DNA of 64,000 nucleotides from Gemmatimonadota bacterium. GTDB taxonomy: Bacteria; Gemmatimonadota; Gemmatimonadetes; Palauibacterales; Palauibacteraceae. The stretch lies in contig OZ220691.1 in the NCBI GenBank assembly GCA_965116475.1, forward strand, positions 1 through 64,000, written 5' to 3'. Both the position numbers and the translations under genes were made by a program. The notes under the pieces are model-generated. The model did no database searches, was not told where the DNA came from, and saw nothing but the letters and a program-made list of their open reading frames with translations. Below, in pieces: positions 19,817-28,544 of the stretch. Positions within the stretch are counted from its first letter, which is position 1. Each line of letters starts with the position of its first letter.

Positions 19817-22156
19817 CTACCAGCTGAAGGTGTGCGAGTACTTGACCATGACGTTCCGCCCGGCCGACCACGGCAGTCTCGGATCGAATCCCCGTTCGCG
19901 ATCGAAGTTCAGCCCCTCGTTGTACACGATCCAGAGATCCGTCCCCTCCCGGAAGTGGTAGCGGAAGCGGGCGTTGATGCTCATCCGCTCGTCGAGGTTG
20001 TTGTACTGCGCGAACGTGCTGAACGAGACCTGCGGATTGAGGGCGAAGGCGAGCCGCACCCGGCCGAGTTGCGTCGTCGCCGCCTCCCCCCGGTCCGGAA
20101 ACTCGATCCGGTTCACCTCGTAGCCGCCGCCGATCTCGAGATAGCGGGAGACGCTCCACATCGGGTTGAATATCAGGCCCACGCGCCGGCCATCGTAGAA
20201 GCTGCCCACCGTGGTCTTGATGTCCCCGCGGAAGATCGCGGTGCGCGGCAGCATCCAGTCGATGCCCACTTCCTGGAACCAGTACTCGCCCGGCGGGATC
20301 GAGAGGTCGGTGATGCGGAACGGGGTCCGGATGTCCTCGAACTGCGTGTTCGAATAGGCCGCAATGCGCGACCCCGACTTGAAGGCGAGTTCCAGTTCGG
20401 GGCGGATCGATTGCGACTCCGGCGTGACGTCGGCGTTGCGGTAGTAACTCTCGCCCATCACCGACAGCGTGACCGTGTTCAGCGAAGCGCTCGGGCCCTG
20501 AAGCCAGGTGTGACCGATCTCTCCGCCGAAGAGCGTGAAGTCCCTCCGCAACTGGAAGCCGAGCCGAGGCGTGTAGTCGGGCCCGACCCGCCGGTAATAG
20601 AGGTTGTACGACACGCCGCGGTCCGTTCTCCGCTCCCACCGGACGCGGAACAGCCCCGCGTCGAGCGGATTCCGCTCGTTCACCGCCTCGTCGAACGTCT
20701 GGGCCCACGTCAGCGTCACCCATTCGTTGCCGATCGGGCGGATCTGCGTATCCACCCCGTAGGCGACGTTGTCCTGCCCGTTCCGCCCGAGCCGGGTCGC
20801 CACGATCCCGCCCACGAAGGAGTACGGGTTGAGCACCTGCTGCTTCACCCGCATCACGCCGACGTTTTCTCCCGAGCGCCCTCCGGCGGGAGCCGTCTGC
20901 ATGTTCAGGAGCCCGTAGTCCAGGCCTCCCATGCGGCCGACGACCCGCGCGCCCCCGTAGATGCGGACGAGTTCCCCGCCCTCCAGACCGACCCTCCGGC
21001 TGAAGAAGACGCGGTCGGTGAACCCTCCCGTCCCGAAATCGAAGGTCGAGGACCGTTCCTGGAAGAACTGGCGTTTCTCGGGGAAGAAGAGGGAGAAGCG
21101 GGTGAGGTTGATCTGCTGGTCGTCCGCCTCCACCTGGGCGAAATCGGTGTTGACGGTGAGGTCGATGGCCAGGTTGGACGACGGGGAATACTTGAGATCG
21201 ACGCCCGGTTCCGTGGTCCGGTCCTGTTCCGTCGCCCAGTAGGCGGCCGCGTCCGCCGGCTCCCGCAGCACGGGCGTCCGGCGCAGGCCCCCGAGCGCGT
21301 ACGGGGTCACGTAGATGGGCGCCGTCGGCCGGACTTCGCGCAGCGTCACGCGCTGCGTCTGCGACGGTTTCATGAACGCGAGACGACCCCATTCGCGCGA
21401 GATCGGCGGGTACACCTGGCGCTCGTTCTTCCGGCCGATGTAGCGGTAGATGGTGAGGCCCATCGTCACCTCATCGCCCTGCGCCTGGAATCCCAGCGTG
21501 GAGAACGGGATGCGGAACTCGGCGAACCACCCTTCCCCGTTGCGGGTCGTGCGCACGTCCCAGTGCGCGTTCCAGTCCTCGTTGAAGGGCGGCAGGTCGC
21601 CGCTGAACTCGGCATCGTTGGAGATCGACCGGTCCTGCCGGACCCCGGCGGGGGTCGTGCCGAACCAGAGCGCCGTTTCGTAGTCGTTGTAGCTGTCGAT
21701 CACGAACGAGAACAGATCATCGCCGCTGTAGCTGTCGCGATAGAAGGTGTTTACGCGGATGCCGTCCGGATCCGAGTCATACATTCGCCCGGAGACGTAG
21801 AGATACCGGTCATCGTGCGCGAGGCGGATCTCCGTCCGCTCGGTCTGCTCGCCGCCGTGGGTGGGCGACATGATGAACAGCGGGAGCGGGTCGATCGTCT
21901 CCCACACGGGTTCGTTCACGATCCCGTCCACCTCGATCGTCTCGGAGATGCGGGCGATGGGGACGGGCGCGCGGGGCCGGAGCGCCGCGATGTCCGCCTC
22001 GGCCGAGGCGTTGGCCTGGGCCGCGAGGCTAGGCGCCGCGCACGCCGCCGCCACGGCGCCCCCGAACACGGCTCGCGCGAGCCGGCCGATGCGCCCCGGC
22101 AACCCCCTCGCCACCTGCGGGGACGGCATGCGCCGCGGCGAGGTGCGGCTCCTCAT
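19817..22156 (-). CDS. CBM9-like + DUF5916 outer-membrane protein, paralog 3
   Basis: Same motifs, ending YSHTFSW. Start taken at ATG 22156, downstream of the channel stop; the ORF is open to 22219. Confidence 0.85.
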   Translation of the reverse strand: MRSRTSPRRMPSPQVARGLPGRIGRLARAVFGGAVAAACAAPSLAAQANASAEADIAALRPRAPVPIARISETIEVDGIVNEPVWETIDPLPLFIMSPTHGGEQTERTEIRLAHDDRYLYVSGRMYDSDPDGIRVNTFYRDSYSGDDLFSFVIDSYNDYETALWFGTTPAGVRQDRSISNDAEFSGDLPPFNEDWNAHWDVRTTRNGEGWFAEFRIPFSTLGFQAQGDEVTMGLTIYRYIGRKNERQVYPPISREWGRLAFMKPSQTQRVTLREVRPTAPIYVTPYALGGLRRTPVLREPADAAAYWATEQDRTTEPGVDLKYSPSSNLAIDLTVNTDFAQVEADDQQINLTRFSLFFPEKRQFFQERSSTFDFGTGGFTDRVFFSRRVGLEGGELVRIYGGARVVGRMGGLDYGLLNMQTAPAGGRSGENVGVMRVKQQVLNPYSFVGGIVATRLGRNGQDNVAYGVDTQIRPIGNEWVTLTWAQTFDEAVNERNPLDAGLFRVRWERRTDRGVSYNLYYRRVGPDYTPRLGFQLRRDFTLFGGEIGHTWLQGPSASLNTVTLSVMGESYYRNADVTPESQSIRPELELAFKSGSRIAAYSNTQFEDIRTPFRITDLSIPPGEYWFQEVGIDWMLPRTAIFRGDIKTTVGSFYDGRRVGLIFNPMWSVSRYLEIGGGYEVNRIEFPDRGEAATTQLGRVRLAFALNPQVSFSTFAQYNNLDERMSINARFRYHFREGTDLWIVYNEGLNFDRERGFDPRLPWSAGRNVMVKYSHTFSW

Positions 22157-22175
22157 CGGGGTTTCCGCGGTCGGG

Positions 22176-23084
22176 TCATTCGAGCAGTTCGGTACCGCAG
22201 TGCTTGCAGTGGCGGGCATCCGGGTCGTGGCCGGACGAAGCGCAGCGCAGGCACATCCGCTCCATGGCGGCGCGCATTCTCGCGTCGCGGCCGCTCGTAA
22301 TCTCGGCCGTCACGATGCCCGTCGGGACCGCGATCACGCCGTAGCCCAGGATCATGAGGAGGGCGGCGAGCATCTGTCCCGCCGTGGTCTGCGGCGTGAT
22401 GTCGCCGAACCCCACCGTCGTCACGGTCACGATGGCCCAGTAGACCCCGCGGGGGATGCTGCTGAAGCCCGCCTCGGCGCCCTCGATCACGTACATCGCC
22501 GCGCCCACGAGGGTCACCACGACGAGCACCGCGACGATGAAGACGGCGACCTTGTAGGCGCTCGAGCGCACCGCATTGATCAGGAGGCGCTCGCCCCCCA
22601 CGAACTGGGCGAGCTTCAGGACCCTGAACACCCTGAGCACCCGCAGCAGGCGGATGACAACGAGCGCCTGTCCCCCCGGGATCAGCAGTCCCACGAAGTT
22701 GGGCAGGACGGCGAGCAGGTCGACGATGCCGAAGAAGGAGCGGGCGTATTGGCCGGCTCGCTCCGCAGAGATGAGGCGGAATACGTACTCGACCGTGAAC
22801 AGCAGCGTGAACACCCATTCGAGCGTCCACAGCGCGTCTCCCACGTGGACGTTGAACTCCTGCACGCTCTCCAGCATCACGACGACGACGCTGGCGAGGA
22901 TGACGCCGATGAGGACGAGGTCGAAGAGCCGTCCGGCGCGGGTCAGGTTGCCGAAAATGATGCGGTGGGTTTCGCACCTCCACCGCGGCCGCTTCGAGAA
23001 GACCGGGTGGTTTTCGTAGTCGATCGCCGGACGCGGGGGTTCCCGCCGGGACGGGAAGTACGACATGGTCCGGTTCCTGGCCAT
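22176..23084 (-). CDS. Voltage-gated potassium channel (ion transporter) with C-terminal Zn ribbon
   Basis: S4-like RLLRVLRVFRVLKL, pore YWAIVTVTTVGFGD, C-terminal CLRC..CKHC. ATG overlaps the upstream TGA. Confidence 0.92.
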   Translation of the reverse strand: MARNRTMSYFPSRREPPRPAIDYENHPVFSKRPRWRCETHRIIFGNLTRAGRLFDLVLIGVILASVVVVMLESVQEFNVHVGDALWTLEWVFTLLFTVEYVFRLISAERAGQYARSFFGIVDLLAVLPNFVGLLIPGGQALVVIRLLRVLRVFRVLKLAQFVGGERLLINAVRSSAYKVAVFIVAVLVVVTLVGAAMYVIEGAEAGFSSIPRGVYWAIVTVTTVGFGDITPQTTAGQMLAALLMILGYGVIAVPTGIVTAEITSGRDARMRAAMERMCLRCASSGHDPDARHCKHCGTELLE

Positions 23085-23872
23085 CACAGCCTCCCGATGA
23101 GGGACCGCAGCCGCAGCGCCCACACCCGCCACACCGCCTCGCGCACGATCGCCCCCGACATCTTGCTCTGTCCGAGGCGCCGGTCGGTGAACACGATGGG
23201 GACTTCCCCGACCCGGAACCCCATTTTCCAGGCGCGGAAGTTCATTTCAATCTGAAACGTGTACCCGGTCGACCCCACGCGGTCGAGGTCGATCGCCTCC
23301 AGGACGCGGCGCGTGAAGCACTTGAAGCCGCTCGTTGAATCGGCGAGCCGCAGTCCGGTGGCGATGCGCGCGTACTTGTTCGCGTAGTAGCTGAGGAGCA
23401 GGCGCGACATGGGCCAGTTGACGACGTTCACCCCCGCAGTATAACGGGATCCGACGACGACATCGAAGCTGGAAGTCGCGGCGATCATGTCGGAAATATA
23501 GCGCGCGTCATGCGATCCGTCGGCGTCCATCTCGAAGATCCACGCGAAATCGCGCTCGAGCGCCCAGCGGAAGCCGGCGATGTAGGCGGTCCCGAGTCCG
23601 AGCTTCCCTTCCCTGTGCAGGACGTTCACGCGCGGTTCCGCCGCGGCGAGCGAGTCGACGAGAGCCCCCGTCCCGTCGGGCGATGCGTCATCGACGACGA
23701 GGACCGAGAGCCGGCCGTCCTGCGCCAGCACGCGCTCGACGATCCCGCCGATGGAGTCGACCTCGTTGTACGTCGGCAGGATGACGAGGCCCCGTTCGCC
23801 GCCCGTGGGAGCGGCGGCAGCCGGGCCTTCGTAGGAATCCGCGGAGAAAGTGGGGGAAGTATCCGGGCTCAT
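23084..23872 (-). CDS. Polyprenol-phosphate mannose (hexose) synthase, GT2 DPM1/Ppm1-like
   Basis: LPTYNE, VDDASPDGTG, KLGLGTAY, EMDADGSH, GSRY, DSTSGF, EVPIVFTDR..GQSKMS. Confidence 0.88.
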   Translation of the reverse strand: MSPDTSPTFSADSYEGPAAAAPTGGERGLVILPTYNEVDSIGGIVERVLAQDGRLSVLVVDDASPDGTGALVDSLAAAEPRVNVLHREGKLGLGTAYIAGFRWALERDFAWIFEMDADGSHDARYISDMIAATSSFDVVVGSRYTAGVNVVNWPMSRLLLSYYANKYARIATGLRLADSTSGFKCFTRRVLEAIDLDRVGSTGYTFQIEMNFRAWKMGFRVGEVPIVFTDRRLGQSKMSGAIVREAVWRVWALRLRSLIGRL

Positions 23873-23963
23873 GGCAGCCGGAACTTATCGCGGCACGGGC
23901 CGATACCGCATCTGCCGCCGCCTCGCCGGGTCGTCTCCCCCCTCGATGCCGGGCCGGGTTCCG

Positions 23964-25325
23964 TCAGGACCTGCAGAAACCGGCGGTGGTGTTCCGGACT
24001 ACCGACCCTATCTCATCCTCGCCGAGGGCCCGCCCGAAGAACATCGCTTCGTCGATCTCTCCCTCGAACTCCACCTCGAGCTCGTCGTCCGAGAAACCCT
24101 CCTCGCTTCGCGATCCGATCCCGACGGGCCCGTCGGTCGGGTTGATGCTCCCGGCGCGGTGGGTCCCCTGCGCTTCTCCGTTGACGTAGAACGCGAGGCG
24201 CTGGCCGTCCCAGGTCATGGCCAAGTGGGTCCACTCGCCGGCGACAAGGCGCGGTCCGTAGATCCTCGCGTCTCCGCCGAAGCCGGGCCGCACTCTGAGG
24301 ATCGACCTCCACCGCCCGTTGTGGTTGTCCAGCAGCCACGACTCCTGCCAGGGGTGTCCCTTGCCCATGACGGTGCCGCTGCCGCTCGCCTCGTCCGCTC
24401 CCGGCTTGGCCCACGCCATGACGGAAAACGGCCCCGCCGGTTTCAGGGTGGACGCGTTCGGCACGCGCGCGATCGCATCCACGCCATCGAAGGAGAAGGC
24501 CTCCCCGGCGCCGGGAACGCCCTCGGCGTAGGCCGCGCCGTGCATGAGCGTCGCGTCCACGTCCCCGATACGGTCGGCGCCGCTGCCTTCGGCCGACCAC
24601 CAGTGCAGGATGCCATCCGGCACGGCGCAGACCGCCAGTTCAAAGCTCAGCCGTGCCTCGGCTTCTCCCCCGTCCCGCGCCGTCACCGTCGCTTCCGCCA
24701 TGCCTCGAGCGAGCCCCGTCATGGTCAACGCGCTCCCGGACACGGAGACGCCCGCGACGAGAGGGTGGGACGACACGGCGCTGTAGGTCAGGGAATCACC
24801 TTCCGGATCGGTGAAGAGGCCGGAGAGATCGACGGTTTCCGTGGCGCCGATGACGAGCGTCCGTGAAGCGATCTCGCCCACGGCCATCGGCGGCAGGTTC
24901 GGCACCGTCACGGAGAAGGACTGCCGGGCTTCGCCGCCCATCCCGTCGCTGGCGGTGACCGTGGCCGTCGCTTCGCCGTGGGACAGGGCGATGAGGATCA
25001 ACCGCTGGCCGGAGACCGCGGCCTCCGCGACGAGCGTGTCGGACGATGTAGCGCCGTACGTCAGGGCATCGCCATCGGGATCGCTGAAGAAGCGCGAGAG
25101 GTCCAGCGTGACGTTCGTGCCGGAGGGGACGGACTGCGCCGGGATGGCGCTGGTGGCCACGGGCGCCAGGTTCGGCGGAGGGCCCTGCGGCGCGGGGGGC
25201 TCCATGATCGAGTCGCCCTCGCCTCCGCAACCGAGAAGCACCGCGAGGGCGATGAGGCGCGGGGAGGCGCTGCGGGCGCCACGGGCGCTGCCGTGGCTGC
25301 CGGGGCTGCGGGCGCTGCGGGGCAC
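23964..25325 (-). CDS. Lipoprotein with two Ig/cadherin-like repeats and a C-terminal LamG (ConA-like) domain
   Basis: Lipobox LLGC. Two ~90-aa repeats (N..P....I....DLS.FFSDPDGD.LTY..SS..VTA.DG). LamG motifs FDGVD, SVMAW, GEWTHLAMTWDG..FYVNG, FEGEIDE. Confidence 0.82.
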   Translation of the reverse strand: MPRSARSPGSHGSARGARSASPRLIALAVLLGCGGEGDSIMEPPAPQGPPPNLAPVATSAIPAQSVPSGTNVTLDLSRFFSDPDGDALTYGATSSDTLVAEAAVSGQRLILIALSHGEATATVTASDGMGGEARQSFSVTVPNLPPMAVGEIASRTLVIGATETVDLSGLFTDPEGDSLTYSAVSSHPLVAGVSVSGSALTMTGLARGMAEATVTARDGGEAEARLSFELAVCAVPDGILHWWSAEGSGADRIGDVDATLMHGAAYAEGVPGAGEAFSFDGVDAIARVPNASTLKPAGPFSVMAWAKPGADEASGSGTVMGKGHPWQESWLLDNHNGRWRSILRVRPGFGGDARIYGPRLVAGEWTHLAMTWDGQRLAFYVNGEAQGTHRAGSINPTDGPVGIGSRSEEGFSDDELEVEFEGEIDEAMFFGRALGEDEIGSVVRNTTAGFCRS

Positions 25326-25351
25326 GGGCGGTCGTCCTCCCTTTCGATCGG

Positions 25352-25380
25352 TTGGCAGCCTGTCGGCGGCAGCGTAGCTT
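25352..25380 (+). promoter_or_regulatory. Putative sigma70-type promoter for the methyltransferase-wecB-GT4 operon
   Basis: TTGGCA-17 nt-TAGCTT in the divergent intergenic region. The same -10 hexamer occurs at the kdsB promoter. Confidence 0.45.
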
Positions 25381-25546
25381 TTTCGTTCGTATCCTCAAGC
25401 TCACTCCAGGTTCCCCCACTCGTCAATCGGCCGGCGGCGGCGCAGGCCGAAAGGACCATCGGTTGGCACCCCCGCTCCGCGAATCCTCCCCCGAAACTGG
25501 ACGGCCCGAGACCGGACGGCCCGAGGCTGGGTGGCCCGCGGGCGAC

Positions 25547-26272
25547 GTGCGGCGGGCGGGGGGGCTCGCTTCGGTCGTGCGGGCCGTTCACCGCCGGCTG
25601 CCGGGCCTGGTGGGCGGGGCCAGGCGAATCGTGTACCGCACCCCGCTGTTACGGAACGTCATGCTGCCAACGTATCCCTACTGGGTGGACCCCGGCGTGC
25701 TGGCGGCGATGGTGGGCCTCATCGAAGCCACGCGGGGGACGGGAGGTGCCGTGGTGGAGATCGGCGTCGGCCGCGGTGACAGCTCCGTGTTCATCCTCGA
25801 ACATCTCATGACGACCCGCGATCCGCGCGACCTGGTGCTGGTGGACACGTTCGACGGCTTCACGCCGGAGAGCATCGCGCACGAGACCGGCGAGCGGCGC
25901 AAGTCGAGGTCGGAGATCTCGGACTATACCTACCTGGACCGGCGCGTGTACGAACACGGCCTGGCGCGGCTGGGCTACTCGAACTACCGCATCGTCGAAG
26001 GCGACTGCGCGCAGGTGGACTGGGCCGGCGTCACGGGTCCGGTCGGCGCGGTCCTGCTGGACGTGGATCTCTACCTTCCTACCCGGGAGGTGCTCGACGC
26101 GGTCTGGCCCCTCGTCGTCCCGGGGGGCGGGTTCGTCGTCGATGACTGCATCGAACCGGACTGGGCGGACGGCGCTCTCCAGGCGTATTCCGAGTTCACG
26201 GAGCGCCACGGGCTGCCGTTCACGAGGGTCGGGCGCAGCGGCGGGCTCATCGTCAAACCCGGCGAGCCGTGA
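25547..26272 (+). CDS. TylF/MycF-like SAM-dependent (sugar) O-methyltransferase
   Basis: VVEIGVGRGDS, VDTFDGF, LLDVDLY.PT, PGG..VVDD. Start uncertain: GTG 25547 chosen; ATG 25661 is possible; TTG 25352 is unlikely. Confidence 0.75.
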   Translation: MRRAGGLASVVRAVHRRLPGLVGGARRIVYRTPLLRNVMLPTYPYWVDPGVLAAMVGLIEATRGTGGAVVEIGVGRGDSSVFILEHLMTTRDPRDLVLVDTFDGFTPESIAHETGERRKSRSEISDYTYLDRRVYEHGLARLGYSNYRIVEGDCAQVDWAGVTGPVGAVLLDVDLYLPTREVLDAVWPLVVPGGGFVVDDCIEPDWADGALQAYSEFTERHGLPFTRVGRSGGLIVKPGEP

Positions 26273-27429
26273 CCTCCGTCCCGCGAATCCTGATCGTGAT
26301 CGGGACCCGTCCGGAAGCGATCAAGATGGCGCCGGTGCATGACGCGCTCCGCCGCCTCGAACCGACGCTCGATACGCAGGTCGCGCTGAGCGGGCAACAC
26401 CTCGACCTCGTGGAGCCGGCGCTCGACATCTTCGGCCTGGAGCCGGACTATCGGCTGAACGTGATGCGGGAAGGCCAGGACGTGGCCGATGTCGTGGCGC
26501 GCGTACTGCGCGGCTTGCGCGATATTCTCCGGGAAGCCGCGCCGGATGTCCTCCTCGTGCAGGGCGACACGGCGACGGTGTTCGCCGCCTCGTTGGCCGG
26601 TTTCCTCGAGCAGGTGAAGGTGGGGCACGTTGAGGCGGGGCTCCGGAGCCACGACCGCCGCGCACCCTTCCCCGAGGAGATACTGCGCCGACTCACGGAC
26701 GTCGCATCCGAGTACCACTTTGCCCCTACGATCCGCGCGCGCGACGAACTGCTGCGAGAGAACACCTCCCCGGACAGCGTGTTCGTCACCGGGAATACGG
26801 TGGTCGACGCGCTGCTTTCCGTCGCCCGCCGGAAGCGACCCGCAAGAGATGTCGCCCTGGCGGAACTCCTGTCGGGGGTGCGGGGCGGCAAGGCGCGGCT
26901 CGTGCTGCTGACCGCGCATCGGCGCGAATCCTTCGGTCGTCCGCTCACGGAGATCTTCCGAGCCGTGCGGGACGTGGCCGATGCGCACCCCGATGTGTGC
27001 GTGCTCTATCCCGTCCATCCCAACCCGAACGTTCTCGCGCCAGCTCGCGAGGTGCTGGCGGACCACCCGCGGATTCGCCTCACCGAGCCGCTCGACTACC
27101 TGGACCTCGTGGCGGCGCTGGAGTCGGCGGCGCTGGTGATGACCGACTCCGGCGGCATTCAGGAGGAGGCGCCGACGTTCGGCAGCCCGGTGCTCGTGCT
27201 GCGGGACGTCACCGAGCGTCCGGAGGGCGTGGAGGCCGGAGTGGCCGAACTCGTCGGCACGGATCGCCGCCTCATCGCCGAGCGCGGCCGGGCGGCGCTG
27301 TCTCGCGGGGCCGGGGGTGAACCGCCCCGCAACCCGTACGGAGACGGGCGCGCGGGCGAGCGGATCGCGGACATCCTGGCCGCCGACCTGCTGGGCCGGA
27401 GGCGCCGAGTCGAGGATTGGGCCGGATGA
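26269..27429 (+). CDS. wecB: UDP-N-acetylglucosamine 2-epimerase (non-hydrolysing)
   Basis: GTRPEAIKMAP, GQH, VQGDT, HVEAGLRS, HRRES, TDSGGIQEEAP, TERPEG, NPYGDG. Confidence 0.96.
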   Translation: MTSVPRILIVIGTRPEAIKMAPVHDALRRLEPTLDTQVALSGQHLDLVEPALDIFGLEPDYRLNVMREGQDVADVVARVLRGLRDILREAAPDVLLVQGDTATVFAASLAGFLEQVKVGHVEAGLRSHDRRAPFPEEILRRLTDVASEYHFAPTIRARDELLRENTSPDSVFVTGNTVVDALLSVARRKRPARDVALAELLSGVRGGKARLVLLTAHRRESFGRPLTEIFRAVRDVADAHPDVCVLYPVHPNPNVLAPAREVLADHPRIRLTEPLDYLDLVAALESAALVMTDSGGIQEEAPTFGSPVLVLRDVTERPEGVEAGVAELVGTDRRLIAERGRAALSRGAGGEPPRNPYGDGRAGERIADILAADLLGRRRRVEDWAG

Positions 27430-28544
27430 ACATCCTCATGCACACCGTCTATTACGCGCCCGAGATCGGAGGCCTGGAGAGTCACGTACACTTCCTGTGC
27501 CGGGCCCTCGCCGCACGGGGACACACGGTGCGCGTCGTGACGTCCGCCTCGCTGCCCGGCCTGCCGGCGTCAGAGACCATGGACGGCGTCGAGCTTCGCA
27601 GGACATGGCTGCCGGCGCGGAACACGCCCGGGTGGGCCGCGCACGCGCTGGCGTCGCTGCCGAGCTTCATCGAGTCGGCCCAGGAGGCGGATGTCCTCCA
27701 CGCCCAGGACATCGCGGCGGTCCCGCCCTGCCTCGTGGCACGCGGCACGGGCCGGACACCGATCGTCACCACCTACCACACGAGCCATTTCCTCAAGCGG
27801 GCGGATTCACGCTTCTGGCGTCCGGTCTTCCGCCGGTTTCTGCAAGCGGCGGACCACAATCTCGCGGCAAGCCGGGAGATCGCGAGCGTCGGCGAGTCGA
27901 TCGCTCCGGGCGTGCACGTGGAGCCGCTGACCAACGGCGTGGACACGGAGACATTCCGGCGGGCGGCGGATCCGAGCCTGCCTACGAACCGACCCGTCCG
28001 CCTGATCGCCCCGCGACGCCTGTTCGAGAAGAACGGCGTAGAGTACTTCGTGCGGGCGCTCCCGCTGATCGCGGAACATGTCGCCGTGGAAGCGCTCATC
28101 GTGGGCGACGGCCCGGAACGGGATCGGCTCGAGGCGCTCGCACGCGATCTCGGTGTTTCCGACCACGTGCGCTTCCTCGGGGCCCGACCGCACGCCGACA
28201 TGCCTCGACTGCTGTCCTCGTGCGACCTCGCCGTCTTCCCTTCCCTCATGGAAGCGACATCCGTGGCCGCGCTGGAAGCGATGGCGTGCGAATTGCCGGT
28301 GGCGGCAACAAACGTCGGAGGCCTCCCGGAGATCGTCGACGACAACGTCGGAGGACTCTGCGAGCCGGCCGACCCAGGGAGCCTGGCGCGCCTGGTCACA
28401 GGGCTGCTGACGGGTGGCCGGCTGCCGGACCTGGGGGCCGAAGCACGCCGACGGGTGGTGTCGCAGTGGAGCAACGAGCGCCTGGCGGACCGGCACGAGG
28501 AGATCTACGCGGAACTTCTCTCGGAGCGCGCGCGCCAAAGCTGA
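27426..28544 (+). CDS. Glycosyltransferase family 4
   Basis: GGLE, NGVD, RL.EKNG, IVGDGP, PSLME..SVAALEAMA, VGGLPE. ATGA overlap with wecB. Confidence 0.9.
   Translation: MNILMHTVYYAPEIGGLESHVHFLCRALAARGHTVRVVTSASLPGLPASETMDGVELRRTWLPARNTPGWAAHALASLPSFIESAQEADVLHAQDIAAVPPCLVARGTGRTPIVTTYHTSHFLKRADSRFWRPVFRRFLQAADHNLAASREIASVGESIAPGVHVEPLTNGVDTETFRRAADPSLPTNRPVRLIAPRRLFEKNGVEYFVRALPLIAEHVAVEALIVGDGPERDRLEALARDLGVSDHVRFLGARPHADMPRLLSSCDLAVFPSLMEATSVAALEAMACELPVAATNVGGLPEIVDDNVGGLCEPADPGSLARLVTGLLTGGRLPDLGAEARRRVVSQWSNERLADRHEEIYAELLSERARQS

Noticed and set aside
15027-22156. Diversity-generating retroelement or shufflon acting on the three paralogs
   Set aside because: There is no reverse transcriptase, adjacent invertase or inverted cassette. 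Differences are spread throughout and are not adenine-specific.
17641-22300. Very long + strand ORFs (728 aa, 964 aa) opposite the DUF5916 genes, and similar ones at 27317-30415, 36850-39189 and 41100-43172
   Set aside because: These are antisense or alternate-frame shadows typical of high-GC DNA. They are R/P/G/A-rich, lack motifs and overlap well-supported genes.
22400-22430. GFG rather than GYG in the K+ channel filter
   Set aside because: TVGFG is a known K+-selective filter variant.
14911-25325. Xer-integrated mobile element (IMEX) at dif carrying the DUF5916 array
   Set aside because: I found no second dif-like site, replication or phage genes, or obvious compositional shift. This was an eye scan only, so it is not fully excluded.
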